The position numbers and the translations under genes are program-made. A stretch of 64,000 nucleotides of DNA from the NCBI GenBank assembly GCA_046706305.1, contig JBJKPQ010000039.1, forward strand, positions 12,428-76,427, written 5' to 3'. Source of the DNA: Bacteroidales bacterium. Lineage in GTDB: Bacteria; Bacteroidota; Bacteroidia; Bacteroidales; VadinHA17. Each line of letters opens with the position of its first letter. Position 1 is the first letter of the stretch. A model generated the notes under the pieces. The model searched no databases. It was not told the DNA's origin and saw only the letters and a list, made by a program, of their open reading frames with translations. This document shows positions 17,301 through 28,817 of the stretch, in pieces.

Positions 17301-18713
17301 TTAAAGTTTCCTGGCAAATGACAGTATCAGGTCCCATGCTTTTTCCACATGGTCCATTGTCACCTCTGTTTGGGCAGTAACCATACGGAGAGTGTACTTC
17401 CCGTTAAGAACGGTATGTGTAAGGTAAATAAGGCCCGAGTCATTAAGAAGATGATTAAGCTTTTCATTTACTGCATTCAGCTCTTCATCTGAATATCCTT
17501 TTGGTTTATACCGGAAACAGACAACACTTATGACCACCGGTGCCAGTATTTCAAAATCGGGTTCCTCTTTAATCAGCTTCTCCAGGTTAGCAGCAAGGCT
17601 GATATGATACCTGACTTTTTCCTGTAGTCCTTCAACGCCGTAACTTCTTATAACGCTCCATAGTTTAAGCGCCCTGAACCGTCTGCCCAGTGGCACTCCC
17701 CAGTCGCGGTAATCATTTACCCTGCCCCTGGTACGTGTTTTAAGGTATTCGGGCAGTATCTCGAATGTCCGGATTAGGGAATCAGCATCCCTCACAAAAT
17801 ATGCAGTACAATCAAAATTTGTAAACATCCATTTATGAGGATTAAAGACAAAGCTGTCCACATATTCCTTCCCGTCGGTCATCCATTGAAATTCGGGCAA
17901 AATAAGAGCCGTTCCGGCCATTGCGGCGTCAACATGGAGCCAGATATCATTTTCCCTGCAAATCTCGCCTATGGCTCTCAGAGGGTCGATGGCGGTGGTT
18001 CCGGTAGTACCAAGGGTGGCTACTACACAACATGGAATATATCCAGCGTCTTTATCCTTCAAAATACTCTCACGAAGCTTTTCTGTATCCATTGAAAAAT
18101 CTTCACGTACGGGAACTTTCACAAGGTTTTTCCTGCCTATTCCACTAATCTTAACAGCTTTTTCAACTGAAGAATGGGTCTGTTCCGAACAATATACTCT
18201 CAGGATACCGTTACCGGCTGCCCCGGAAGTGTTGAAGGAGAAGCTTGTTTTTTTCTCGCGGGCAGTAAGTATGGCTGAGAGAGTGGCTGTTGATGCCGAG
18301 TCCTGTATAACACCTTCGAATTCATCTGGAAGCTGAATCATTTTCCTGAGCCATACCATCATTTTTTCCTCAAGTTCAGCCGCAGCCGGGGAAGTTTCCC
18401 AAATCATACACTGTGCTCCGAGTGTTGACATTATCATCTCTGCCAACACCGATGGAGGGCTTGTGTTGGCAGGGAAGTATGCAAAAAAATTAGGATTTTG
18501 CCAGTGGGTGATACCGGGCATAATGACCTCATCCAGGTCCTTCATAAGCGTACTGAAAGGCTCCGGACTGACCGGTGGCTGATCAGGCAGCTTATTGAAT
18601 ATATCACCGGGTTGAACCTGTGATTTAACCGGATAGTCCTCCACATTTTCCATGTAGTCTGCCATCCAGTCAACGAGCTTATGAGCCTGTTTTCTGAATT
18701 CTTCCGGTTTCAT
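17301..18713 (-). CDS. Pyridoxal-phosphate-dependent aromatic-L-amino-acid/tyrosine decarboxylase family (group II)
   Basis: 470 aa. The N-terminus EEFRKQAHKLVDWMADYMENVEDYPV...HWQNPNFFAYFPANTS is typical of DDC/TDC enzymes. PLP-lysine motif FNPHKWMF. Confidence 0.88.
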   Translation of the reverse strand: MKPEEFRKQAHKLVDWMADYMENVEDYPVKSQVQPGDIFNKLPDQPPVSPEPFSTLMKDLDEVIMPGITHWQNPNFFAYFPANTSPPSVLAEMIMSTLGAQCMIWETSPAAAELEEKMMVWLRKMIQLPDEFEGVIQDSASTATLSAILTAREKKTSFSFNTSGAAGNGILRVYCSEQTHSSVEKAVKISGIGRKNLVKVPVREDFSMDTEKLRESILKDKDAGYIPCCVVATLGTTGTTAIDPLRAIGEICRENDIWLHVDAAMAGTALILPEFQWMTDGKEYVDSFVFNPHKWMFTNFDCTAYFVRDADSLIRTFEILPEYLKTRTRGRVNDYRDWGVPLGRRFRALKLWSVIRSYGVEGLQEKVRYHISLAANLEKLIKEEPDFEILAPVVISVVCFRYKPKGYSDEELNAVNEKLNHLLNDSGLIYLTHTVLNGKYTLRMVTAQTEVTMDHVEKAWDLILSFARKL

Positions 18714-18719
18714 GCAGTA

Positions 18720-18965
18720 TTACCTTACTCCGTCGGCAAGGAGAATTATTTTGTTAGCTTTGACTTCAATTACTCCTCCGTCAATCTCAACGATCTTTTC
18801 TACTCCTGCCTGATCAACAATTATAACACTACCGCTGTCGAGTGTCGAGACTATGGGAGCATGGTCCTTCAGAACCTGGAAGGATCCCTTTTTACCCGGG
18901 ACCCTTACAGATTTTATATCCCCGTCATATACTCTTTTATCGGGTGTGATTATTTCTATTTTCAT
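18720..18965 (-). CDS. atpC: F1 ATP synthase epsilon subunit
   Basis: 81 aa, MKIEIITPDKRVYDGDIKSVRVPGKKGSFQVLKDHAPIVSTL. It starts 9 nt downstream of atpD. Confidence 0.9.
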   Translation of the reverse strand: MKIEIITPDKRVYDGDIKSVRVPGKKGSFQVLKDHAPIVSTLDSGSVIIVDQAGVEKIVEIDGGVIEVKANKIILLADGVR

Positions 18966-18974
18966 TACTCGGTT

Positions 18975-20498
<1,524 letters not shown>

Positions 20499-20601
20499 TT
20501 AAATGAGTATAAATGTTTTTTCTATAGCATGAATTTTGTTCTGTTTATTTCCCCGGCAACATCTTCCACACCTTATAATTATTAAATTGAAACAGAAGAT
20601 A

Positions 20602-20609
20602 CAAATTTA
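20602..20609 (-). promoter_or_regulatory. Candidate -7 box (TAAATTTG) upstream of atpD
   Basis: Minus-strand TAAATTTG matches TAnnTTTG. It lies 118 nt upstream of the atpD ATG, inside the 261-nt gap. This would imply a long leader. Confidence 0.3.
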
Positions 20610-20744
20610 ATAAAATTCGGGGCTTTTCCCTTCCCTGTCTTATGTAAACAGGCATCCACGTTCAGTACCCGAAGCCCGTTCTGTCTTTAATCCCCGGTTG
20701 AATCTGAAAACTGCGATCCATTGCCGGATTCCAGTGCCGGACCA

Positions 20745-21719
20745 TTATTTTTTTCGTCCTATCAAAGAGCTGACCATCAACTGCAGTTCACTCTTCCGTT
20801 TCTTTGGAACATCTGTCTTTTCAAGGAGCGCAAGAGCATTTTTTATGTAACTGCCGGCTGTATTTTCTGTTACTGACCGAATATTAAGCTGATCATAAAT
20901 ATCCAATACTGTTCTTACCTTCTCCTGCGGATCAGTGTTTACGGATGAGAACTGTTCATGCAGGATCTTCACCTGTTCCCTGTCAGCAAGTTCAAAAGCT
21001 TTAACAAGGAGGAAGGTTTTCTTATTTGAAATTATATCACCTCCCTGAACCTTACCGAACACTATTGACTCGCCATAGCTGTCGAGAAGGTCGTCCTGTA
21101 TCTGGAAAGCAAGTCCGAGGTTTCTTCCGAACTCATACATAAGGTCGGCATCCCTGTCTGACGAGCCTCCGATTACAGCTCCTATCCTGGCTGAAGCAGC
21201 CAGCAGTACTGATGTTTTCAGCTCAATCATCCTGAGATATTCTTCCTGTGTTACATAAGAAGACTTTTCAAAATCAATATCAAGCTGTTGGCCGACACAC
21301 ACTTCCACGGCAGCCTTATTATAAATTCTGAACACCTTCGACAGGCATCTTGAGGGTGTCTGCAGGAGGCATTCATTGGCGACGAAGGCCATTACATCAC
21401 CTGATAGTACAGCCTGGTTTAAATTCCATTTGCTGTGTACCGTGGGGAAGTTCCTTCGTACCGGAGCCTGGTCCATTATATCATCGTGCACCAGGGTGAA
21501 ATTATGAAAAACCTCAAGCCCGACAGATGGCATAACCGCCTCGCTTATATTATCATTAAACAGGTTGCAGGTCATAAGGGCCAGTACCGGTCTCAGCCTC
21601 TTCCCTCCAATTGAAAGGATGTACTTTACGGGGTCAATCAGCCTCTCTGCTTCCGTATTATACGACAGGTTGGTAATAGCCTTTTCGACTAAATCCTTAA
21701 GTTCTGTTTGGTTGTACAT
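20745..21719 (-). CDS. Polyprenyl diphosphate synthase (trans-IPPS family)
   Basis: 324 aa. First Asp-rich motif LVHDDIMDQAPVRR and second Asp-rich motif FQIQDDLLD. Confidence 0.9.
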   Translation of the reverse strand: MYNQTELKDLVEKAITNLSYNTEAERLIDPVKYILSIGGKRLRPVLALMTCNLFNDNISEAVMPSVGLEVFHNFTLVHDDIMDQAPVRRNFPTVHSKWNLNQAVLSGDVMAFVANECLLQTPSRCLSKVFRIYNKAAVEVCVGQQLDIDFEKSSYVTQEEYLRMIELKTSVLLAASARIGAVIGGSSDRDADLMYEFGRNLGLAFQIQDDLLDSYGESIVFGKVQGGDIISNKKTFLLVKAFELADREQVKILHEQFSSVNTDPQEKVRTVLDIYDQLNIRSVTENTAGSYIKNALALLEKTDVPKKRKSELQLMVSSLIGRKK

Positions 21720-21755
21720 TATCCTTTACAACAATCCTCTTTTCAATATTAAATC

Positions 21756-22640
21756 TTAACCATTAAGGGCTTCCGCACCGCTGACGACCTCAAGTATCTG
21801 GCTTGTGATCGCAGCCTGTCTCGCTTTGTTATATTGAAGCGTCAGATCTCTGATCATAGTTGTTGCATTATCGGTAGCCTTATGCATTGCTGTCATACGG
21901 GCACCATGCTCTGCAACAAAGGAATTCAGGACTGCCTTATAAAATTGTATCTTTAAAGATTTAGGTATAAGTTCCTGTATTATCTGTATCCTGTCGGGTT
22001 CATAAATATAGTCTACAGGTGCAGGTCCTGAGCCGTCCCTGGATGCTGATTCCACAGGCAGGAACAATTCGGTAGTAAGGTCCTGAACTGCCGCATTTTT
22101 AAACTTGTTATAAACCATTTCCACTCGGTCAAACTCCCTGTTAACGAAACTTTTCATTACTCCTTCGGCTACTTTTGCCACATTATCATAAGTAAGATCA
22201 TTTAAAAGATCGTTCTTTTGCGGAAGTATCTTCAAAGTGCTTTTCCTGAAGAAGTCATAACCATGTTTGCCTATGGGCAGAATGGAAACATTTCCCTTTC
22301 TGTATTGTTCGCTGTACTGTTCGGATATTACCCTGCGTGCCTCTTTAATGACACTTGAATTAAATGCACCGCAGAGCCCCCTGTTTGAGGTAACCACTAC
22401 AATAAGGATTTTCTCTTCAGATATGTTCCTGCCATATACGTTTTCAATTTCGGAATCGACAAGGCTTTGCGACAGACCTACCTGGAGCTCCTGCAGCTTA
22501 TTGGCATATGGTCTGAGGCTGACTATTTTGTCCTGTGCCTTACGTAATCGTGCGGCAGAAACCATTTTCATTGCTGAAGTGATCTGCCTTGTCGATTTAA
22601 CCGAGGCTATTCGTATACGTATTGCTTTTAAATTCGCCAT
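21756..22640 (-). CDS. atpG: F1 ATP synthase gamma subunit
   Basis: 294 aa. MANLKAIRIRIASVKSTRQITSAMKMVSAARLRKAQ at the N-terminus and ...ITSQILEVVSGAEAL at the C-terminus. Confidence 0.95.
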   Translation of the reverse strand: MANLKAIRIRIASVKSTRQITSAMKMVSAARLRKAQDKIVSLRPYANKLQELQVGLSQSLVDSEIENVYGRNISEEKILIVVVTSNRGLCGAFNSSVIKEARRVISEQYSEQYRKGNVSILPIGKHGYDFFRKSTLKILPQKNDLLNDLTYDNVAKVAEGVMKSFVNREFDRVEMVYNKFKNAAVQDLTTELFLPVESASRDGSGPAPVDYIYEPDRIQIIQELIPKSLKIQFYKAVLNSFVAEHGARMTAMHKATDNATTMIRDLTLQYNKARQAAITSQILEVVSGAEALNG

Positions 22641-22668
22641 TTAAAAATCATTTATCAGCTCAACGCAA

Positions 22669-24252
22669 TTACTGAGGCTTGTATTTCAAAACTATTTCTG
22701 CTGCAACCTTTTCAAGTGTGTCTTTTACTTCATCATTGAGGACCCCTTCCTTCAGGGTGTCAAGAACATCTCTGTGTCTAAGCTCGAGATATTCGAGATA
22801 TTCACTTTCAAAGCTGGTTACCTTATCAACGGGTACATCTTTCAACAATCCCATTGTTCCGCAGTAAATTATTGCAATCTGTTTCTCAACCGGTACAGGG
22901 GCATACTGGCCCTGTTTAAGTATCTCAACGTTCTTGGCCCCTTTGTTAAGAGTAGCCATTGTTGTGGCATCGAGATCCGAACCGAATTTTGAGAAGGCTT
23001 CCAGTTCACGGTATTGTGCCTGGTCTACCTTAAGGGTACCGGCAATTTTCTTCATTGCCTTGATCTGCGCATTACCACCAACCCTCGACACTGATATCCC
23101 TACGTTAATAGCCGGACGAACGCCGGAGTTAAAGAGGTTAGATTCGAGGAAGATCTGGCCGTCGGTAATGGAGATCACGTTTGTCGGAATATAGGCAGAT
23201 ACGTCGCCTGCCTGTGTTTCTATTATAGGCAGGGCAGTCAGCGATCCGCCTCCCTTCACCATTGGTTTCAGTACCTCCGGCAGGTCATTCATGTTCCTGG
23301 CCACCTCATCCGATTCGATCACCTTGGCTGCTCTCTCGAGAAGTCTGGAGTGAAGGTAGAAGACATCACCCGGATAAGCTTCACGTCCCGGGGGGCGACG
23401 AAGCAGCAGAGACACTTCACGGTATGATACTGCCTGTTTCGAGAGGTCGTCATATATGATAAGGGCATCGCGTCCGGTATCGCGGAAGAATTCCCCGATA
23501 GCCGCACCGGCAAAAGGTGCATAGAACTGAGATGCAGCCGGGTCTGAAGCTGTTGCCAGTACTATCACGGTATACTGAAGAGCACCGTATTCCTCAAGGG
23601 TGGCAGCAATGTTGGCTACTGTTGATCCTTTCTGACCGATGGCAACATAGATACAATAAACAGGTTTGCCCTGTTCAAAGTTACTTCTCTGGTTTATTAT
23701 AGTATCAATGGCGATAGCCGTTTTACCGGTCTGCCTGTCGCCGATTATCAACTCCCTCTGCCCGCGGCCTATAGGTATCATGGCGTCAATTGCCTTTATA
23801 CCTGTCTGAAGAGGCTGCTTAACAGGCTGGCGGAATATAACTCCGGGAGCCTTTCTTTCAAAAGGCATATCATAGAGCTCGCCCGTTACAGGGCCTTTAC
23901 CGTCGAGAGGCTGGCCCGTAGGGCTTATAACGCGCCCGAGAAGTCCTTCTCCAACGCCGATAGAAGCAATCCTGCCTGTACGTTTAACAATATCTCCTTC
24001 ATTAATCTCTTCCGTGGGTCCAAGCAACACTGCCCCGATATTATCTTCTTCGAGGTTCAGAACTATTGCTTCCATGCCGTTTTCGAACTCAATGAGTTCA
24101 TTCGACTCCACGTTTGACAACCCGTATATACGGGCGATTCCGTCACCAACCTGAAGCACAGTTCCTACTTCCTCCAGATCGACACCGGTCTGGATACCTT
24201 CCAGTTGCTGCCTGAGAATCTTCGAAACTTCCGCTGGTTTAATATTTGCCAT
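22669..24252 (-). CDS. atpA: F1 ATP synthase alpha subunit
   Basis: 527 aa. Walker [16 protein letters not shown], then [42 protein letters not shown]. Confidence 0.97.
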   Translation of the reverse strand: MANIKPAEVSKILRQQLEGIQTGVDLEEVGTVLQVGDGIARIYGLSNVESNELIEFENGMEAIVLNLEEDNIGAVLLGPTEEINEGDIVKRTGRIASIGVGEGLLGRVISPTGQPLDGKGPVTGELYDMPFERKAPGVIFRQPVKQPLQTGIKAIDAMIPIGRGQRELIIGDRQTGKTAIAIDTIINQRSNFEQGKPVYCIYVAIGQKGSTVANIAATLEEYGALQYTVIVLATASDPAASQFYAPFAGAAIGEFFRDTGRDALIIYDDLSKQAVSYREVSLLLRRPPGREAYPGDVFYLHSRLLERAAKVIESDEVARNMNDLPEVLKPMVKGGGSLTALPIIETQAGDVSAYIPTNVISITDGQIFLESNLFNSGVRPAINVGISVSRVGGNAQIKAMKKIAGTLKVDQAQYRELEAFSKFGSDLDATTMATLNKGAKNVEILKQGQYAPVPVEKQIAIIYCGTMGLLKDVPVDKVTSFESEYLEYLELRHRDVLDTLKEGVLNDEVKDTLEKVAAEIVLKYKPQ

Positions 24253-24291
24253 GTTATATTAACTTAAAATTCCTAAAAATTTGATGAACTG

Positions 24292-24843
24292 TTATTCTTT
24301 AATAATTGCACTTCCCAGTAGTTCTTTCCTCACTTTGCGAAGTTTATTCCTTATGCTGGCATCGATATAGCTGTCGTCGACTTTAAGAATGAACCCCCCA
24401 ATAATATCAGGATCAACGATCTGCTCAAGCCTGACACCTGTCCTGAAAACTTCTGATATAAGGTCGGTCACCTGTTTCTTAACAGCAGGATTAACCTCTA
24501 CTGCAGTAGTAAGGGTAGACTCTGTAATACCTTTGAATTTCATCGTTTTATAAATGAAATTTCTTGCTATTGCAGGGATAAAACTCTCACGCCCGTTTTT
24601 CACCACCAGGTCGATAAGAGAAAGAGTAATATCTTCCACATTACCTTTCAGTACAGCATGAAACACCTGTGTCTTTTCTGAGGGATTTATCACGGGGCTT
24701 TGAAGTAATTCCTTTGCCTCCGGGCTTTTGCAAATCTCCGCGACAAAGATCATATCTTCATTTACTTTTTCAAGTATGTTTTTTTCAAGGGCTGAATCGA
24801 ACAGGGCGGTTGAGTACCTGACTGATATTTTACTGTCATTCAT
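24292..24843 (-). CDS. atpH: F1 ATP synthase delta (OSCP) subunit
   Basis: 183 aa. Operon position between atpF and atpA. N-terminus SVRYSTALFDSALEKN and C-terminus IGGFILKVDDSYIDASIRNKL are OSCP-like. Confidence 0.88.
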   Translation of the reverse strand: MNDSKISVRYSTALFDSALEKNILEKVNEDMIFVAEICKSPEAKELLQSPVINPSEKTQVFHAVLKGNVEDITLSLIDLVVKNGRESFIPAIARNFIYKTMKFKGITESTLTTAVEVNPAVKKQVTDLISEVFRTGVRLEQIVDPDIIGGFILKVDDSYIDASIRNKLRKVRKELLGSAIIKE

Positions 24844-24855
24844 TGCTGATACCCC

Positions 24856-25371
24856 TTAATTCTTTTTAAAATCAATATCTTTCAAATACTTATCGATCAG
24901 TTTCTCCTGCTCTTCAGTTTGCTTAAGCTTTTCGCCCAGCAGTTTTGAAGCGATCTCCACAGAAATGACAGCTACCTGTTCATGTATTTCCGAGAGGGCT
25001 TTCAGTTTCTCGCTTTCTATTCCCGCACGTGCTTTCGCAATAAGTTTTTCGGCTTCTTCGGCTGCTTTTCCTTTTGCCTCCGAAATCAATTTCTCCCTTA
25101 CTTCCCTTGCTTCCTTTAGTATATTTTCACGTTCTTCCCTGGCCTTCCTGAGAATTGTCTCATTGTCGCTCTGCAGCTTAAGCATTTCTTCTTTGGCTTT
25201 CTCGGCTGATTCAAGAGAACTGCGAATCATTTCATCGCGTGCCTTAACTGCACTTAATATGGGTTTCCAGGCAAATTTTGCGAGGACAAGGAAAAAGATA
25301 CTGAAAATTACAACTGACCAGAAGAGAGTCCCGAAAGCGGGAGTAGTCAGACTGTTAGCTAATAATATCAT
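24856..25371 (-). CDS. atpF: Fo ATP synthase b subunit
   Basis: 171 aa. One N-terminal TM helix (LFWSVVIFSIFFLVLAKFAWKPI) followed by a long charged helix. Operon position fits. Confidence 0.9.
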   Translation of the reverse strand: MILLANSLTTPAFGTLFWSVVIFSIFFLVLAKFAWKPILSAVKARDEMIRSSLESAEKAKEEMLKLQSDNETILRKAREERENILKEAREVREKLISEAKGKAAEEAEKLIAKARAGIESEKLKALSEIHEQVAVISVEIASKLLGEKLKQTEEQEKLIDKYLKDIDFKKN

Positions 25372-25395
25372 AATAAATCCTTTAACAAATTACTT

Positions 25396-25431
25396 AAAAT
25401 AGAAGCCCTGCAACCAACCGTTGCAGGCTTC
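25396..25431 (-). terminator. Intra-operon stem-loop between atpE and atpF (partial terminator or mRNA stabiliser candidate)
   Basis: Arms GAAGCCCTGCAAC (25402-25414) and GTTGCAGGCTTC (25420-25431) give 12 bp with one bulged C and a 5-nt loop. On the minus strand the stem is followed by TATTTTAAG. Confidence 0.45.
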
Positions 25432-25441
25432 ATAAATCCGG

Positions 25442-25663
<222 letters not shown>

Positions 25664-25676
25664 TTAAACAAAAATT

Positions 25677-26738
25677 CTAATGGCTCTCCTGCACTGCCAT
25701 TCCTATGAACAGTGCCGACAGAAGAGTAAATATGTATGCCTGGAGGAATGCCACAAGCAATTCCATAAAGTCCATGAAGACCACGAAGAATATGGAAACG
25801 GGGGCAAGCCACAGTGTACCAAAAATAAATATAAGTGCTATGAGGCTGAGGGCAACAATATGTCCCGCCAGCATATTGGCAAACAATCGGATCATAAGAG
25901 CAAAAGGCTTTGCAAACAGACCGATAATTTCAACCGGGATCATAATTGGAAGCAGCCACAAGGGAACACCCGGTGTAGCGAATATGTGTTTCCAGTAGTT
26001 CCTGTTCCCGCTAAACTGAATAATTACAAAGGAGAATAGTGCGAGAGTAAATGTGACGGCAATATTTCCTGTTACAATAGCTCCGAAGGGAGGAGGGAAC
26101 GGAACAAGCCCCATCAGGTTATTTATAAGGATAAAGAAAAATACAGTCAGAAGGTAAGGCATATATTTTTCATACTTACGATCACCAAGGTTTGGTATCG
26201 CCACATCATCGCGTATAAATACGATAACGGGTTCCAGGAAGCTCTGTAATCCCCGTGGTTCACTTATGCCGGTTTTCTTATACGATCTTGCGAGGGCAAG
26301 GAATAGCAGGAGGCAAATGACAGCTGCCCCCAGAAGTCCGATAACAGTCTTTGTAACGGATATGTCGACAGGAAGGTTTTTCAGGTCGGCATGGCCTCTT
26401 TCATCCACTTCCACTATAGTTCCCTTGAGATCGCCCTCTTCTTCCAGCCGGAATCCCTTATAATCCTGTCCGTGTGCCAGTCTCTTTGCCGAAAAGATAT
26501 TAAGTCCCTTATCCTTTGAGTATACTATCACCGGCAGGTATATTGCCACGCTCTCCCCGTTTTTCTTAGTATAAAGGTGCCATTCGTGCGCATCGGCAAT
26601 ATGTTCCAAAATGAATGAACTTGCATCAAAACTTTCTGTTCCTTCTCCCTTTTCATGTCCTTCCTGTGCAAAAAGCGTAGATGAGTTTCCTGTAAACAGA
26701 AGAAAGAAAAATAAACCTATAAAAATTTTCGTTTTCAA
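25677..26738 (-). CDS. atpB: Fo ATP synthase a subunit
   Basis: 353 aa with a signal-like N-terminus and a long extracytoplasmic extension. The C-terminal TM bundle carries the essential Arg in LMIRLFANMLAGH. Confidence 0.93.
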   Translation of the reverse strand: MKTKIFIGLFFFLLFTGNSSTLFAQEGHEKGEGTESFDASSFILEHIADAHEWHLYTKKNGESVAIYLPVIVYSKDKGLNIFSAKRLAHGQDYKGFRLEEEGDLKGTIVEVDERGHADLKNLPVDISVTKTVIGLLGAAVICLLLFLALARSYKKTGISEPRGLQSFLEPVIVFIRDDVAIPNLGDRKYEKYMPYLLTVFFFILINNLMGLVPFPPPFGAIVTGNIAVTFTLALFSFVIIQFSGNRNYWKHIFATPGVPLWLLPIMIPVEIIGLFAKPFALMIRLFANMLAGHIVALSLIALIFIFGTLWLAPVSIFFVVFMDFMELLVAFLQAYIFTLLSALFIGMAVQESH

Positions 26739-26751
26739 ATCAGTACGTGTT

Positions 26752-27138
26752 TTACAATGATCTGGTTTTCAGAGTTTTCGACATGGAATATATCGAATAC
26801 AAAGTGAGTGTTAAATATATAACAAAAAAACTTAAAAGCGATGGCAATGAGTTTTTTTTAGCAACAATAAACCAAATAAGGGCTAACCCGATCTCAAGCA
26901 GGAACTTAAGGCTTATTGCCACCAGGCTGTGGAAAGTCTGACTATGAGGGTCCCTCGATTGTCCTTTCATAAAAACGGCAAAAGTAACAATGCAAATTAT
27001 GGAGAAAAGAAGTGAAAGAAGGGCAATACTTCCCGGGTCAATGTCAGCATTTACAGTAAATGTGAGAATATATCCTGTTAATATCACCAGGATATTAATT
27101 AACAAAAGGAATAATATATATTTCAAAAACCGTTTCAA
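26752..27138 (-). CDS. Hypothetical 4-TM membrane protein inside the atp operon (possible AtpI-like accessory)
   Basis: 128 aa and entirely hydrophobic helices. It is 13 nt upstream of atpB and 7 nt downstream of the AtpZ-like gene. No motif recognised. Confidence 0.5.
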   Translation of the reverse strand: MKRFLKYILFLLLINILVILTGYILTFTVNADIDPGSIALLSLLFSIICIVTFAVFMKGQSRDPHSQTFHSLVAISLKFLLEIGLALIWFIVAKKNSLPSLLSFFVIYLTLTLYSIYSMSKTLKTRSL

Positions 27139-27145
27139 GAGAAAA

Positions 27146-27403
27146 TCACTTAAGAAAATCTTTCACTGCGGTATAGATTGCGGCGAATACCCCCAGTAAT
27201 GAAAGTACTATGGTAAATACAGGAGTCTGAAATCCTGCCAGTTTATCAAGCTTATTCCCTCCCCATACTGCGACCAGTATTATTGCGGCCATCTGGAAAG
27301 CGAGGCCTGAGTACCTGGCAAAATCGTGGATCCCCTTATTTCCCTGATTTTTCGGGTTCTTTTTCTTTGATGAGAGAGGCTCCTCCATTTTCATCGGTAT
27401 CAC
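27146..27403 (-). CDS. AtpZ/AtpI-family small membrane protein (F0F1-ATPase-associated)
   Basis: 85 aa. ARYSGLAFQMAAIILVAVWGGNKLDK plus a second TM helix resemble the AtpZ family. The start is uncertain: GTG 27403, ATG 27394 or ATG 27388. Every option overlaps the bactofilin gene by at least 53 nt. Confidence 0.65.
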   Translation of the reverse strand: MIPMKMEEPLSSKKKNPKNQGNKGIHDFARYSGLAFQMAAIILVAVWGGNKLDKLAGFQTPVFTIVLSLLGVFAAIYTAVKDFLK

Positions 27404-27737
27404 TCATTTTGCAGCTACCCGTGAACTTAGCGCCCGGTTCGATAGACAATTTTGAGGTCACTATGTCACCAAGTATTTTGGATGAGGCTTTCAGTGTAAG
27501 CAACTGGCTTACATTGATTTTTCCCTCCACTATGCCTGACACCTCAGAATTTTTACAAATAACCTCTCCGCTAACCTTACCTGTTGTGCCAATCACAACC
27601 TTCCCCTTGGTATTAAGGTTGCCCTTCAATGCTCCGTCTATCCTTATATCTCCACTGGATACTACATCACCTGTTATTTCCGTTCCGTTGCTTATCAGAT
27701 TTATGGTAGGGTTTTCTGCCTCATTGTTTTTTGCCAT
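27336..27737 (-). CDS. Bactofilin (polymer-forming cytoskeletal protein, CcmA-like)
   Basis: 133 aa. Beta-helix repeats ITGDVVSSGDIRIDGALKGNLNTKGKVVIGTTGKVSGEVICKNSEVSGIVEGKINV...ILGDIVTSKLSIEPGAKFTGSC, then an acidic disordered tail. Confidence 0.85.
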   Translation of the reverse strand: MAKNNEAENPTINLISNGTEITGDVVSSGDIRIDGALKGNLNTKGKVVIGTTGKVSGEVICKNSEVSGIVEGKINVSQLLTLKASSKILGDIVTSKLSIEPGAKFTGSCKMSDTDENGGASLIKEKEPEKSGK

Positions 27738-27776
27738 AATTTTTAAAGTTTATTAATTGTAAAAACTTAATAACTT

Positions 27777-27784
27777 ACAAATAT
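27777..27784 (-). promoter_or_regulatory. Candidate -7 box (TATATTTG) for the bactofilin-atp operon
   Basis: Minus-strand TATATTTG matches TAnnTTTG. It lies 40 nt upstream of the bactofilin ATG, in the 80-nt gap after fabH. Confidence 0.4.
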
Positions 27785-27817
27785 AAAAACTATTGCATAA
27801 AAAACATCAGGAGACCA

Positions 27818-28816
27818 CTATTTAGGATCGTAGGCCCACTTCAGGTATATGGACCCCCATGTAAATCCGCCTCCGAATGCGGCCAGTATGAGGATATCAC
27901 CCTTTTTCAGCTGGTTTTCATACTCATATATGCACAGGGGTATAGTAGCTGTTGTTGTATTACCGTAATTCTGGATATTGATCATAACCTTTTCCGGCGG
28001 CAGTCCCATTCTCCTGCCTGTGGCATCAATAATACGGAGGTTAGCCTGGTGAGGGACCAGCCAGGATATATCTTCAGATTTAAGATCATTGCGTTCCATA
28101 ATCTCCACAGCCACGTCGGCCATGTTAGAGACAGCAAATTTAAATACGCTCTGTCCTTCCTGGTAAATATAATGTTCCCTGGCATCAATAGTCTCATGGG
28201 AAGCAGGTTTTACAGAGCCTCCGGCTTTCAGATGAAGGAATTTCCGTCCTGAACCATCAGTATGGAAGATATGATCCATCACACCCATTTCTTCCGTTGT
28301 TGGCTCAAGGAGTACCGCTCCGGCGCCGTCGCCAAAAAGCGGACAGGTGGTGCGGTCGGTATAGTCGACAATCGACGACATCTTGTCGGTGCCCACGACA
28401 ATTACCTTTTTGTACTGGCCCGATTCGATATATGCAGCTCCTGTCTGCAAAGCAAAGATAAAGCCGGAACAGGCAGCATTGAGATCAAAGCTGAAAGCAT
28501 TTTTGATCCCGCATTTATCTGATATAATATTTGCCGTTGCCGGGAACAGCATATCAGGAGTTACCGTAGTGCAGATAACGAGATCCACATCTTCCGGTTT
28601 CGTATTTGTTTTTTCAAGTAAGCCGCTAACGGCCTGCGCACCCATATCTGAGCTTCCCGCGCCTTCTTCCTTTAATATTCTTCTTTCTTTGATCCCGACT
28701 CTTTGCATTATCCATTCGTCGGAAGTTTCCACCATTGTTGAGAGTTCCTGATTTGTCAGTCTGTATTCCGGCACCCAGGCGTTAATACCTGTTATGGCTG
28801 CACGTACTTTTTCCAT
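27818..28816 (-). CDS. fabH: 3-oxoacyl-ACP synthase III
   Basis: 332 aa. Catalytic triad contexts [19 protein letters not shown] and [10 protein letters not shown]. Confidence 0.95.
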   Translation of the reverse strand: MEKVRAAITGINAWVPEYRLTNQELSTMVETSDEWIMQRVGIKERRILKEEGAGSSDMGAQAVSGLLEKTNTKPEDVDLVICTTVTPDMLFPATANIISDKCGIKNAFSFDLNAACSGFIFALQTGAAYIESGQYKKVIVVGTDKMSSIVDYTDRTTCPLFGDGAGAVLLEPTTEEMGVMDHIFHTDGSGRKFLHLKAGGSVKPASHETIDAREHYIYQEGQSVFKFAVSNMADVAVEIMERNDLKSEDISWLVPHQANLRIIDATGRRMGLPPEKVMINIQNYGNTTTATIPLCIYEYENQLKKGDILILAAFGGGFTWGSIYLKWAYDPK

Positions 28817-28817
28817 T

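Noticed and set aside
24965-25402. 145-aa plus-strand ORF antisense to atpF. Also 25680..26039 and 25705..25998 antisense to atpB, and 27283..27756 antisense to bactofilin/atpZ.
   Set aside because: These are Ser/Phe-rich mirror translations of Glu/Lys/Ala-rich or hydrophobic genes in a tightly packed, highly conserved operon.
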